Shown: positions 24,217-37,336 of the stretch, piece after piece
How the letters are laid out: each line of letters starts with the position of its first letter
Numbering within the stretch: position 1 is the stretch's first letter
Source: Escherichia coli
Lineage (GTDB): Bacteria > Pseudomonadota > Gammaproteobacteria > Enterobacterales > Enterobacteriaceae
DNA: 64,000 bases
Strand: one strand, 5' to 3'
NCBI RefSeq assembly: GCF_013122565.1
Contig: NZ_CP053258.1
Made by a program: the position numbers and the translations under genes
The notes under the pieces: generated by a model
Told to the model about the DNA's origin: nothing
Databases searched by the model: none
What the model saw: the letters and a program-made list of their open reading frames with translations, nothing else

Positions 24217-24524
24217 AAGCTGCTCCCGGGCTTGCAAAAGCCCATGTCCATATTTTTGATGGAGGAAACAATAGGCAATCGCAGGCGGAGCAAACAGTGG
24301 ATAAAAAGGCCATTTACTGGACTTTTGTAATATCAGTACAAAAATGCGATCCGCCTCATAACTTGCGATAAACCTGAAGCATGCCGCAAAACGGCGTCTT
24401 GTGAGACGCGTCGCAAATTGACGGTTACATTACATTTGTCCAGCTTTTGGCAGATTTGTCACATGGCAGGCCGTTGCCGTGCGCTCTTATCCTGTAAACA
24501 GAAAACCGTACCGGGAGAGAGGCA

Positions 24525-27026
24525 ATGGCCCTGATTGTGGAATTTATTTGTGAGCTACCTAACGGCGTACATGCGCGTCCGGCAAGCCACGTTGAAACGC
24601 TGTGTAATACTTTTTCATCTCAAATTGAGTGGCATAACCTGCGTACTGACCGTAAAGGCAACGCCAAAAGCGCCCTGGCGCTGATTGGCACCGATACACT
24701 GGTGGGCGATAACTGCCAGTTACTAATTTCCGGGGCCGACGAACAGGAAGCGCACCAGCGTTTAAGCCAATGGCTGCGCGATGAATTTCCCCACTGCGAC
24801 GCACCGCTGGCGGAAGTAAAATCTGACGAACTGGAACCACTGCCGGTTTCACTGACCAATCTGAATCCGCAAATTATCCGCGCCCGCACCGTGTGCAGCG
24901 GTAGCGCTGGCGGCATTCTGACGCCGATCTCTTCTTTAGATCTCAATGCGCTGGGTAATCTTCCTGCTGCCAAAGGCGTTGACGCCGAGCAATCCGCGCT
25001 GGAAAACGGTCTGACACTGGTGATGAAAAACATTGAGTTTCGTCTGCTCGATAGCGACGGTGCCACCAGCGCGATTCTGGAGGCTCACCGATCCCTGGCT
25101 GGCGATACTTCCCTGCGCGAACATTTACTGGCAGGCGTCAGCGCCGGATTAAGCTGCGCCGAAGCGATTGTCGCCAGCGCGAATCACTTTTGCGAAGAGT
25201 TTTCCCGTTCCAGCAGCAGCTACCTGCAAGAACGTGCCCTGGACGTACGCGACGTCTGCTTCCAGTTACTCCAGCAAATCTACGGTGAGCAACGCTTCCC
25301 GGCACCGGGCAAACTGACGCAGCCCGCCATTTGTATGGCTGATGAACTGACCCCCAGCCAGTTCCTCGAACTGGATAAAAATCACCTCAAAGGTCTGTTG
25401 CTGAAAAGTGGCGGCACCACATCGCATACGGTGATTCTTGCCCGTTCGTTCAACATTCCAACGCTGGTTGGTGTGGATATTGATGCCCTTACTCCGTGGC
25501 AGCATCAGACGATTTATATCGACGGCAACGCTGGGGCGATTGTGGTTGAGCCAGGGGAAGCCGTAGCCCGTTATTATCAGCAAGAAGCCCGCGTACAGGA
25601 CGCCCTGCGTGAGCAACAGCGTGTCTGGCTGACCCAACAAGCCCGTACCGCTGACGGTATCCGCATTGAAATTGCCGCTAACATCGCTCACTCCGTGGAA
25701 GCGCAGGCCGCATTCGGCAATGGTGCGGAAGGCGTTGGTTTGTTCCGCACTGAAATGCTCTATATGGATCGCACCAGTGCACCGGGCGAAAGCGAGCTGT
25801 ACAACATTTTTTGTCAGGCGCTGGAGTCTGCCAACGGACGCAGCATTATTGTGCGCACTATGGACATTGGCGGCGACAAACCCGTTGATTATCTAAACAT
25901 TCCCGCAGAGGCAAACCCGTTCCTCGGTTATCGCGCCGTGCGTATTTATGAAGAATACGCCTCGCTGTTCACCACACAACTACGGTCGATCCTGCGCGCC
26001 TCCGCTCACGGCAGCCTGAAAATCATGATCCCGATGATCTCTTCAATGGAAGAGATCTTATGGGTGAAAGAAAAACTGGCGGAAGCCAAACAGCAACTGC
26101 GTAACGAACACATTCCGTTTGATGAGAAGATCCAGCTCGGCATTATGCTGGAAGTGCCGTCGGTGATGTTCATCATCGATCAATGCTGCGAAGAGATTGA
26201 TTTCTTTAGTATTGGTAGTAATGACCTGACGCAATATCTGCTGGCGGTGGATCGCGATAACGCTAAGGTTACTCGTCACTATAACAGCCTGAATCCGGCA
26301 TTCCTGCGGGCGCTCGATTACGCCGTGCAGGCGGTGCATCGCCAGGGCAAATGGATTGGTCTGTGCGGTGAACTGGGAGCGAAAGGTTCCGTGCTGCCAT
26401 TGCTGGTCGGTTTAGGGCTGGATGAGCTGAGCATGAGCGCACCATCAATTCCGGCGGCGAAAGCGCGGATGGCGCAACTTGATAGCCGTGAGTGCCGCCA
26501 GTTGCTCAACCAGGCAATGGCCTGCCGTACTTCGCTGGAAGTGGAACACCTGCTGGCGCAATTCCGCATGACCCAACAGGACGCACCACTGGTCACCGCC
26601 GAGTGCATCACGCTGGAAAGCGACTGGCGCAGCAAAGAAGAAGTGCTCAAAGGCATGACCGATAACCTGCTGCTGGCAGGGCGCTGCCGCTATCCGCGTA
26701 AACTGGAAGCCGACTTGTGGGCGCGCGAGGCCGTTTTCTCTACCGGTCTGGGCTTTAGTTTTGCCATTCCACACAGCAAATCAGAACACATTGAGCAATC
26801 CACCATCAGTGTAACGCGTCTGCAAGCGCCGGTGCGCTGGGGCGATGATGAAGCACAATTCATCATTATATTAACCCTGAACAAACACGCTGCGGGCGAT
26901 CAGCATATGCGCATTTTCTCGCGCCTCGCTCGCCGCATCATGCACGAAGAATTCCGTAACGCGCTGGTTAACGCCGCCTCTGCCGACGCTATCGCCAGCC
27001 TGCTGCAACATGAACTGGAACTGTAA
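24525..27026 (+). CDS. ptsA: Multiphosphoryl transfer protein PtsA/FrwA (HPr-like, Enzyme I-like and EIIA-like domains)
   Basis: 833-aa ORF with HPr-like N-terminus ([14 protein letters not shown]), an Enzyme I core and an EIIA(Fru)-like C-terminus. Confidence 0.92.
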   Translation: MALIVEFICELPNGVHARPASHVETLCNTFSSQIEWHNLRTDRKGNAKSALALIGTDTLVGDNCQLLISGADEQEAHQRLSQWLRDEFPHCDAPLAEVKSDELEPLPVSLTNLNPQIIRARTVCSGSAGGILTPISSLDLNALGNLPAAKGVDAEQSALENGLTLVMKNIEFRLLDSDGATSAILEAHRSLAGDTSLREHLLAGVSAGLSCAEAIVASANHFCEEFSRSSSSYLQERALDVRDVCFQLLQQIYGEQRFPAPGKLTQPAICMADELTPSQFLELDKNHLKGLLLKSGGTTSHTVILARSFNIPTLVGVDIDALTPWQHQTIYIDGNAGAIVVEPGEAVARYYQQEARVQDALREQQRVWLTQQARTADGIRIEIAANIAHSVEAQAAFGNGAEGVGLFRTEMLYMDRTSAPGESELYNIFCQALESANGRSIIVRTMDIGGDKPVDYLNIPAEANPFLGYRAVRIYEEYASLFTTQLRSILRASAHGSLKIMIPMISSMEEILWVKEKLAEAKQQLRNEHIPFDEKIQLGIMLEVPSVMFIIDQCCEEIDFFSIGSNDLTQYLLAVDRDNAKVTRHYNSLNPAFLRALDYAVQAVHRQGKWIGLCGELGAKGSVLPLLVGLGLDELSMSAPSIPAAKARMAQLDSRECRQLLNQAMACRTSLEVEHLLAQFRMTQQDAPLVTAECITLESDWRSKEEVLKGMTDNLLLAGRCRYPRKLEADLWAREAVFSTGLGFSFAIPHSKSEHIEQSTISVTRLQAPVRWGDDEAQFIIILTLNKHAAGDQHMRIFSRLARRIMHEEFRNALVNAASADAIASLLQHELEL

Positions 27027-27037
27027 AAGGAAACATC

Positions 27038-27700
27038 ATGGAACTGTATCTGGACACCGCTAACGTCGCAGAAGTCGAACGTCTGGCACGCATATTCCCG
27101 ATTGCCGGGGTGACAACTAACCCGAGCATTATCGCTGCCAGCAAGGAGTCCATCTGGGAAGTGCTGCCGCGTCTGCAAAAAGCTATTGGTGATGAGGGCA
27201 TTCTGTTTGCTCAGACCATGAGCCGCGACGCGCAGGGGATGGTGGAAGAAGCGAAGCGCCTGCGCGACGCCATTCCGGGCATTGTGGTGAAAATCCCGGT
27301 GACTTCCGAAGGTCTGGCAGCAATTAAAATACTGAAAAAAGAGGGTATTACTACACTTGGCACCGCTGTATATAGCGCCGCACAAGGGTTATTAGCCGCA
27401 CTGGCAGGGGCAAAATACGTTGCTCCGTATGTTAACCGCGTAGATGCCCAGGGCGGAGACGGCATTCGTACGGTTCAGGAGCTGCAAGCGTTGTTAGAAA
27501 TGCATGCGCCAGAAAGCATGGTGCTGGCAGCCAGCTTTAAAACGCCGCGTCAGGCACTGGACTGTTTACTGGCAGGATGTGAATCCATCACCCTGCCCTT
27601 AGATGTAGCGCAACAAATGCTCAACACCCCTGCGGTAGAGTCAGCTATAGAGAAGTTCGAACACGACTGGAATGCCGCATTTGGCACTACTCATCTCTAA
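27038..27700 (+). CDS. fsaB: Fructose-6-phosphate aldolase 2
   Basis: 220-aa [44 protein letters not shown]..., transaldolase-like. Confidence 0.93.
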   Translation: MELYLDTANVAEVERLARIFPIAGVTTNPSIIAASKESIWEVLPRLQKAIGDEGILFAQTMSRDAQGMVEEAKRLRDAIPGIVVKIPVTSEGLAAIKILKKEGITTLGTAVYSAAQGLLAALAGAKYVAPYVNRVDAQGGDGIRTVQELQALLEMHAPESMVLAASFKTPRQALDCLLAGCESITLPLDVAQQMLNTPAVESAIEKFEHDWNAAFGTTHL

Positions 27701-27710
27701 AGGAGCAATT

Positions 27711-28814
27711 ATGGACCGCATTATTCAATCACCGGGTAAATACATCCAGGGCGCTGATGTGATTAATCGTCTGGGCGAATACCTGAAGCCGCTGGCAGAA
27801 CGCTGGTTAGTGGTGGGTGACAAATTTGTTTTAGGTTTTGCTCAATCCACTGTCGAGAAAAGCTTTAAAGATGCTGGACTGGTAGTAGAAATTGCGCCGT
27901 TTGGCGGTGAATGTTCGCAAAATGAGATCGACCGTCTGCGTGGCATCGCGGAGACTGCGCAGTGTGGCGCAATTCTCGGTATCGGTGGCGGAAAAACCCT
28001 CGATACTGCCAAAGCACTGGCACATTTCATGGGTGTTCCGGTAGCGATCGCACCGACTATCGCCTCTACCGATGCACCGTGCAGCGCATTGTCTGTTATC
28101 TACACCGATGATGGTGAGTTTGACCGCTATCTACTGTTGCCAAATAACCCGAATATGGTCATTGTCGACACCAAAATCGTCGCTGGCGCTCCTGCACGTC
28201 TGTTAGCGGCGGGTATCGGCGATGCGCTGGCAACCTGGTTTGAAGCACGCGCCTGTTCCCGTAGCGGCGCTACCACTATGGCGGGCGGCAAGTGCACCCA
28301 GGCGGCGCTGGCACTGGCAGAACTGTGCTACAACACTCTGCTGGAAGAAGGCGAAAAAGCGATGCTTGCCGCCGAACAGCATGTAGTAACCCCTGCGCTG
28401 GAACGCGTGATTGAAGCGAACACCTATTTAAGCGGTGTTGGTTTTGAAAGCGGCGGACTGGCGGCGGCTCACGCGGTGCATAACGGCCTGACCGCTATCC
28501 CGGACGCGCATCACTATTATCACGGTGAAAAAGTGGCATTCGGTACGCTGACGCAGCTGGTACTGGAAAACGCGCCGGTTGAGGAAATCGAAACCGTAGC
28601 TGCACTTAGCCATGCGGTAGGTTTGCCAATAACTCTCGCTCAACTGGATATTAAAGAAGATGTCCCGGCGAAAATGCGAATTGTGGCAGAAGCGGCATGT
28701 GCAGAAGGTGAAACCATCCACAACATGCCTGGCGGCGCGACGCCAGATCAGGTTTACGCCGCTCTGCTGGTAGCCGACCAGTACGGTCAGCGTTTCCTGC
28801 AAGAGTGGGAATAA
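27711..28814 (+). CDS. gldA: Glycerol dehydrogenase
   Basis: Canonical 367-aa protein starting [39 protein letters not shown]; the ORF-track entry has a 13-aa extension. Confidence 0.93.
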   Translation: MDRIIQSPGKYIQGADVINRLGEYLKPLAERWLVVGDKFVLGFAQSTVEKSFKDAGLVVEIAPFGGECSQNEIDRLRGIAETAQCGAILGIGGGKTLDTAKALAHFMGVPVAIAPTIASTDAPCSALSVIYTDDGEFDRYLLLPNNPNMVIVDTKIVAGAPARLLAAGIGDALATWFEARACSRSGATTMAGGKCTQAALALAELCYNTLLEEGEKAMLAAEQHVVTPALERVIEANTYLSGVGFESGGLAAAHAVHNGLTAIPDAHHYYHGEKVAFGTLTQLVLENAPVEEIETVAALSHAVGLPITLAQLDIKEDVPAKMRIVAEAACAEGETIHNMPGGATPDQVYAALLVADQYGQRFLQEWE

Positions 28815-28822
28815 CCTACTCC

Positions 28823-28847
28823 AAACTCCCGGCTTGTCCGGGAGTTT
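28823..28847 (+). terminator. Probable intrinsic terminator of gldA
   Basis: Hairpin aaactcccgg-cttgt-ccgggagttt immediately after the gldA stop. Confidence 0.55.
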
Positions 28848-28849
28848 GA

Positions 28850-28965
28850 ACGCAAAATTGCCTGATGCGCTACGCTTATCAGGCCTACGCAATCTCTGCA
28901 ATATATTGAATTTGCGTGCTTTTTAGGCCAGATAAGGCGTTCACGCCGCATCCGGCACTCTGTGC
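28850..28965. repeat. REP/BIME element between gldA and yijF
   Basis: gcctgatgcgctacgcttatcaggcctacg ... ggccagataaggcgttcacgccgcatccggcac; nearly the same unit recurs near 48330 and 62130. Confidence 0.75.
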
Positions 28966-29087
28966 CAGTAATCTGAAACTCCCACGTTGTTCAGGAGTTT
29001 TTTATCCGCTTCTGGACATTTTCTCTACAGAACAATCGTTATCCCGGAAGGTCGAATCTGTGACTCTTATTTTCACGGACGAAACAG

Positions 29088-29705
29088 ATGAAAGCTTCAC
29101 TGGTGCTGGTCAGCCTGCTAACGGCATTTACCAGCCACTCCTTAAAATCTCCCGCCGTTCCACCAACCGTGGTACAAATCCAGGCCAATACCAACCTTGC
29201 CATCGCAGACGGTGCCAGACAGCAAATTGGCAGCACGCTATTTTACGATCCGGCGTATATGCAGCTTACCTATCCTGGCGGTGATGTTCCGCAAGAACGC
29301 GGCGTATGTTCCGATGTGGTGATCCGCGCATTGCGCAGCCAGAAGGTCGATTTGCAGAAACTGGTGCACGAAGATATGGCGAAGAATTTTGCCGAGTACC
29401 CGCAAAAATGGCAGTTAAAGCGCCCGGACAGCAACATCGATCACCGTCGGGTGCCTAATCTGGAAACCTGGTTTACCCGCCACGATAAAACACGCCCCAT
29501 CAGCAAGAACCCCAGTGACTATCAAGCGGGCGATATTGTCTCCTGGCGATTAGATAACGGGCTGGCACATATTGGGGTGGTTTCAGATGGCTTCGCCCGC
29601 GACGGTACGCCGCTGGTGATACATAACATTGGCGCAGGTGCGCAGGAAGAAGATGTGCTGTTTAGCTGGCGGATGGTAGGGCATTATCGTTATTTTGTTA
29701 AATAA
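29088..29705 (+). CDS. yijF: Conserved protein YijF (DUF1287)
   Basis: 205-aa ORF with an N-terminal signal-like segment at the conserved position. Confidence 0.88.
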   Translation: MKASLVLVSLLTAFTSHSLKSPAVPPTVVQIQANTNLAIADGARQQIGSTLFYDPAYMQLTYPGGDVPQERGVCSDVVIRALRSQKVDLQKLVHEDMAKNFAEYPQKWQLKRPDSNIDHRRVPNLETWFTRHDKTRPISKNPSDYQAGDIVSWRLDNGLAHIGVVSDGFARDGTPLVIHNIGAGAQEEDVLFSWRMVGHYRYFVK

Positions 29706-29731
29706 GCGATCGCCCCACATGAAGAAAAAAT

Positions 29732-30637
29732 TCAGATCCTTTTTACACTGACGGCTTCTTTTTTCTTACGGCTCACCAGCGCCAGTGCCAGCACAATCAG
29801 CACAATACCGCTACCTTCAACGGCCCCCGGATTCTCGCCGAGCAGCCACCAGGAAAAGAGTACGCCGCAAACGGGAACGGCCAGTGTGCTTAAGCTGGCA
29901 ATACTGGCAGGCAAGTTCTTCAATACAAACAACCATAAGCTCCACGCCAACGCCGTCGCCAGAATCGCACTGTAGGCCAGCGCCCAGAACACAGTGGGCT
30001 GCCAGTCAATTTCACGTTGCGGCACCAGTAAAGCGACCACACTCATCACCAGCGCCGCATAGAGCATCTGCCAGGATGTTAACGACAATAAATCCACGCG
30101 CGGATGACGGGCATACAGACGTTTAGCAACAATCGCGCTCGCCCCCCAACTAACACCAGAGAGGATTGCCAGCATGGCACTTTTCATCGAAGAGAAATCG
30201 AGTTGCCACGGTTGCAACACCAAAAATAAGCCGAAAGCGGCAATCAGAATCGCGAAATATTGCCCACGTCGCAGGCGTTCACCGAGAAACAACGCGGCGA
30301 AAATCACCACCCAGAACGGCATGGTATAGCTCAGGATCGCCACCTTTCCCGCTCCGCCGCTGACCAGCGCCCACTGCGCCAGGCCAACCATCCCACAGGT
30401 TTGTAACAGCGCAATGGCTAAGGTGTATTTAAACGGCGTCGGGCGCATTCCGCGACCACGTAATAAAAGGACGATGAATAAAACGAGAGCGCCGAAAATG
30501 CAGCGTAAGGCGGTAAAGTCGAAGGCACCGATGTAGCTGGTGACTTGCTTCATGAAAATCCAGCTATAACTCCAGATAAGTGTGAGCACAACCAGGCCAC
30601 TGATTGCCAGTGGGTTGCTCTTTCCTGCGGCAGACAT
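29732..30637 (-). CDS. yijE: EamA/DMT-family inner-membrane transporter YijE
   Basis: Canonical 301-aa protein starting [30 protein letters not shown]; the ORF-track entry has an 11-aa extension. Confidence 0.9.
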
Positions 30638-30730
30638 GAGAGATCCAGTGTGTAGTTTTCCTGTGGACACTATACGCCGGTAAAGAAACTTCAGCGACTG
30701 CCTGAAAGACAGTCGCTGAAGAAGGTCAGA

Positions 30731-32965
<2,235 letters not shown>

Positions 32966-33239
32966 TTATAATTGAATTAATCCACGGATGCGATAGTTGA
33001 GATCTTACATATTGTTGGTTAAAGAGATGTAGATCAAATTGATCGTAATTAAGCTTTTTTGATTATGTCCGAATTCGGACAAATGCTTTATAAAAAAGGG
33101 TTTTAGCTTCATATCCTTCAAGTAATGAGGGAGAAAACAAGGCTGACAACCTTATTTTCCCGCCCTCATTTCGAGGCAGCATTTTGTGCTCTGTTTAAAA
33201 TTTGTGATCACTGTGTGATTTTCACAAAAGCCACACTAT

Positions 33240-34133
<894 letters not shown>

Positions 34134-34186
34134 TTACCTCATCAATCGCTTGTTGTTATATGTTGTGTTGTGCACATCTATCCATT

Positions 34187-34210
34187 TAGACGTCCAGATG
34201 TAAAGATGAA
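34187..34210. promoter_or_regulatory. Tandem MetJ boxes in the metF promoter
   Basis: agacgtcc-agatgtaa-agatgaag: three consecutive 8-bp repeats matching the met-box consensus AGACGTCT, upstream of metF. Confidence 0.55.
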
Positions 34211-34542
34211 GGAAAAGCCGAAGGGCGTCAACCGAAAAATGACCACTGATGGTGAGGAAATATCAGGGAAGTTGAAATTTTTTCATCTGAAGAAAAAAAC
34301 AGGGATACCAATGTTCAGTATGAGGTGAATATTGGGAAAATGCTGACGTTATTAATTTTATATTTATTTAAATGATGATTCATTCTGATTTATTTACTTA
34401 AAAAATGAATTATATTTTCAAATAAAACAAAAAGATACTTTAAGCCTCTCCGGCCTCCTCGCTTTTAATTTTGAACCACTTCAAACAAATAATAAATTCC
34501 TAAGAATTAAGTTGCAGACAAATTATACATCCCTCACGATAA

Positions 34543-34580
34543 GTAGAACGTTCTAGTAGAACGTTCTACTTATATAAATA
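34543..34580 (+). promoter_or_regulatory. Tandem perfect 12-bp palindromes (TAGAACGTTCTA x2) overlapping a -10-like TATAAAT; putative LacI-type operator and promoter for the EIICB operon
   Basis: gtagaacgttctag-tagaacgttctac at about 34543..34569, 55 to 80 bp upstream of the EIICB start, followed by tatataaat. The palindrome has the central CG and AACGTT core typical of LacI/GalR-family operators. Confidence 0.55.
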
Positions 34581-34623
34581 ATCGTTCTTGCGCAGTCATC
34601 TGCGCTATTCGGGGGAAATCAGC

Positions 34624-36123
34624 ATGGGTCTGATATCGAGTGTCGTAAAATCACTTTCTAAACTGTCGATGATTGGTCGCGCGCTGATGCTGCCAATTTC
34701 GCTTCTGCCTGCCGCCGGGTTGTTGCTGGCGTTCGGCGATAAATTCCACATGCCGTTGATGATGAATGCCGGCGGTATCATTTTTGATAACTTGCCGATG
34801 CTTTTTGCTATCGGTTCTGCCGTGGGACTGGCTTCAGAATCGGGTATTGCGGCGCTATCCGCAGCTGTATCCGTCTTTGTCACTAATATCACCATCGGTA
34901 CTGTCCTTGGCATCACACCAGAGATGGCCGGGCAAGGCGGTAAATATGCGATGGTGGTGGGGATCCCAACGCTGCAAATGGGCGTCTTCGGCGGCCTGAT
35001 ATGCGGGGTTCTGGCGGCGTGGTGTTACAACCGTTTTCATACCATGCAATTACCAGAATTCCTTGGCTTTTTCTCCGGCAAACGCTTCGTGGCTATCGCG
35101 ACGGCTTTTCTTTCCTTCATCCTTGGCTTGTTACTGCCCTATGTCTGGCAACATATTCAGTCGGGAATCGATGCCCTATCAGTTATCGTCAATGGTGATA
35201 ACCAGGCGGCATCGACCTTTATTTTTGGTGTGACAGAACGTGCGCTCATTCCGCTTGGCCTGCACCACATCTGGTATCCATCGTTCTGGTACTCTTTTGG
35301 TGATTACACCACCCAGGCAGGCCAAATGATCCACGGTGACCAAACAATTTGGTTCAAAATGCTGGAAGAAGGTGTGAAATCGTTCAGTAGCGACAGCTAC
35401 CATAACGCGGGTAAGTTTTTACAGGGCGAGTTCCCGCTCATGCTGTTCGCGCTGCCTGCGGCGTGTCTGGCGATGTACCATGAAGCACACACCAAAAATA
35501 AGAAAATTGCCGCCGGTATTCTGTTCTCTGCCGCATTAACCTGTTTCCTGACAGGTATTACAGAACCCGTTGAATTTACCTTTATTTTCGTGGCACCGGT
35601 ACTGTACGTATTCAACGCGATAATGGCTGGCCTCTCCTATATGGCGATGTATCTGCTCCATGCCCATATTGCAAAATCCTTCTCGGCAGGGCTTATCGAT
35701 TATATTTCGTTTGGCATCCTGCCATCATTTAACGGCTACGAAACCAACTTCCTGAGTGCCATTATTGTTGGCGTACCGATGGCGATTATCTATTACTTCA
35801 CTTTCCGCTTTGTTATTCGCCGTTTTGATGTGAAAACACCGGGTCGAGCCGAAAGCACCGTATCCGCTAACGATAAAACCGATGATGAACTGGCTACGGA
35901 AATTATCAGTCTGCTGGGCGGCCAACAAAATATCTCTTCCGTCGCATCCTGCATAACACGCCTGCGTCTGGAAGTGGCAGATAAGGATGTAGTTGATAAA
36001 GATGGACTGAACAATGTCGGTGCTCGTGGTGTGGTTTTTGTCGGCGATAACGGCATTCAGGTGATTTTTGGCGCACGTGCACAATTTATCGCGCAAACCA
36101 TGTCGACGATGATTGGCAAATAG
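34624..36123 (+). CDS. PTS glucose-family EIICB component, sugar specificity unknown; accessory
   Basis: About 499 aa from MGLISSVVKSLSKLSMIGRALMLPISLLPAAGLLLAFGD, preceded by a GGGGGA Shine-Dalgarno. A PtsG/MalX-like EIIC domain is followed by a C-terminal EIIB domain with the phosphorylatable Cys motif SCITRLRLEV. The ORF-track start at 34588 is probably too far upstream. No EIIA gene is adjacent. Confidence 0.85.
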   Translation: MGLISSVVKSLSKLSMIGRALMLPISLLPAAGLLLAFGDKFHMPLMMNAGGIIFDNLPMLFAIGSAVGLASESGIAALSAAVSVFVTNITIGTVLGITPEMAGQGGKYAMVVGIPTLQMGVFGGLICGVLAAWCYNRFHTMQLPEFLGFFSGKRFVAIATAFLSFILGLLLPYVWQHIQSGIDALSVIVNGDNQAASTFIFGVTERALIPLGLHHIWYPSFWYSFGDYTTQAGQMIHGDQTIWFKMLEEGVKSFSSDSYHNAGKFLQGEFPLMLFALPAACLAMYHEAHTKNKKIAAGILFSAALTCFLTGITEPVEFTFIFVAPVLYVFNAIMAGLSYMAMYLLHAHIAKSFSAGLIDYISFGILPSFNGYETNFLSAIIVGVPMAIIYYFTFRFVIRRFDVKTPGRAESTVSANDKTDDELATEIISLLGGQQNISSVASCITRLRLEVADKDVVDKDGLNNVGARGVVFVGDNGIQVIFGARAQFIAQTMSTMIGK

Positions 36124-36196
36124 TCATAAGATTACGCTTTGTTGGAGGTTCTGGTCCCTGACTGGAACCTTCGTACTTATTGTTCAGGGAGTGAAG

Positions 36197-37213
36197 TTGA
36201 AGAAAGTCAGCATAATTGATGTTGCCAAAAGCGCAGGAGTCTCGGTCTCTACTGTGTCGCTGGTCCTGCGCCAGAAAGGCAAAATTTCCGAGGCAACCAT
36301 CGAGAAAGTTCATGCTGCCATTACTGAGCTTGGCTACGTGCATAATGTTGCCGCCGCCAATTTACGCTCCAACACTTCAAATCTTATCGGTCTGATTTTA
36401 CGTGATTTTAGCGATAGCTTTTCCATCAAAGTGATGGCAAGTATTGTTCAGGAACTGGAAGCACAAGGATATATGGTTTTCCTCGGGCAACCACAGAACG
36501 AGCATGAACATCTTGAACGCTGTTTGCTTTCCTTCAAGCAACAAGGTGTTGCCGGAGTGATTTATCTGGCTTCCGATGCGCAGCGTGAAACCTTACCCGC
36601 GCTGATTCGCCAGTGCCCTCTTCCTCTTGTCGTCGCCTCACAATCCCCCATCAAAGATGAATGCAATCTGGTATTGCGCGACAACCAGCAGGCGGCAAGC
36701 CTTGCCACGCGTTATTTAATTGAGCGTGGACATCGTTACATTGCCTACCTCGGCGGCAGAGAAAGCGATCTTATCCGCCAACAGCGACTGGTGGGTTTTC
36801 GCCAGACCCTGGCAAAATTCGGTATTGCCAGTCGTGACGAGTTCACGCCAGCCTGTGACGATGATACATACGCCGCCAGCATGGCCACGCGCCAGTTGCT
36901 GGAGAATAACAATGCCATCACCGCCCTACTCTGCCATTCGCCCGAGGCCATGATTGGCGGTATCAACGGCATACATCAGGTGGGGCGCACCGTCGGGAGA
37001 GACATCTTTCTGACCCAGCAGGTGGCGCTAATTGGTTTTGAAGATATGCTGCACATCAATCTGACCTCGCCCGTTTTCACCTATGTCTCTTCCGCCAGTG
37101 AAGAAACCGGACGCCAGGCTGCTAATCTAATAATCCGCAAGTTAAAAGACCCGGAGCTGCAAATTCAAAGAATTGCGCTTTCCGGGCAACTGGTAGTGCG
37201 GGAATCGGCGTAA
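36197..37213 (+). CDS. LacI-family transcriptional regulator; accessory
   Basis: The N-terminal HTH (KKVSIIDVAKSAGVSVSTVSLVLRQKGKIS) is the LacI/GalR signature, followed by a periplasmic-binding-protein-like sugar-binding domain. The likely start is TTG or GTG at 36191..36197 after AGGGAG, giving about 338 aa; the ORF-track start at 36113 overlaps the EIICB gene. Confidence 0.8.
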   Translation: MKKVSIIDVAKSAGVSVSTVSLVLRQKGKISEATIEKVHAAITELGYVHNVAAANLRSNTSNLIGLILRDFSDSFSIKVMASIVQELEAQGYMVFLGQPQNEHEHLERCLLSFKQQGVAGVIYLASDAQRETLPALIRQCPLPLVVASQSPIKDECNLVLRDNQQAASLATRYLIERGHRYIAYLGGRESDLIRQQRLVGFRQTLAKFGIASRDEFTPACDDDTYAASMATRQLLENNNAITALLCHSPEAMIGGINGIHQVGRTVGRDIFLTQQVALIGFEDMLHINLTSPVFTYVSSASEETGRQAANLIIRKLKDPELQIQRIALSGQLVVRESA

Positions 37214-37336
37214 TTATTTCTGCCAGTCTCCGTCTTTAGCCGGCGGTCATCGCCACAACTGCACTGATGGATATGGTATTCTTTCGAGTATCTTTGCGGG
37301 CACTAACGCCAGGAGTATCGCCATGAGAATGGCGCG

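Noticed and set aside
33190-33230. Palindromic TGTGA/TCACA-rich sequence just downstream of metF, as a possible CRP site
   Set aside because: It lies at the 3' end of metF rather than in a promoter; more likely part of the metF terminator region. Not enough evidence to call a regulatory site.
34588-34623. ORF-track start of the EIICB gene at 34588 (MRSHLRYSGEIS...), and similar N-terminal extensions for metB, priA, glpK, katG, gldA, argB, argE, eptC, fabR and frwC
   Set aside because: The downstream ATG or GTG gives the canonical protein N-terminus and, where checked, has a better Shine-Dalgarno; the extensions are first-in-frame-start artifacts.
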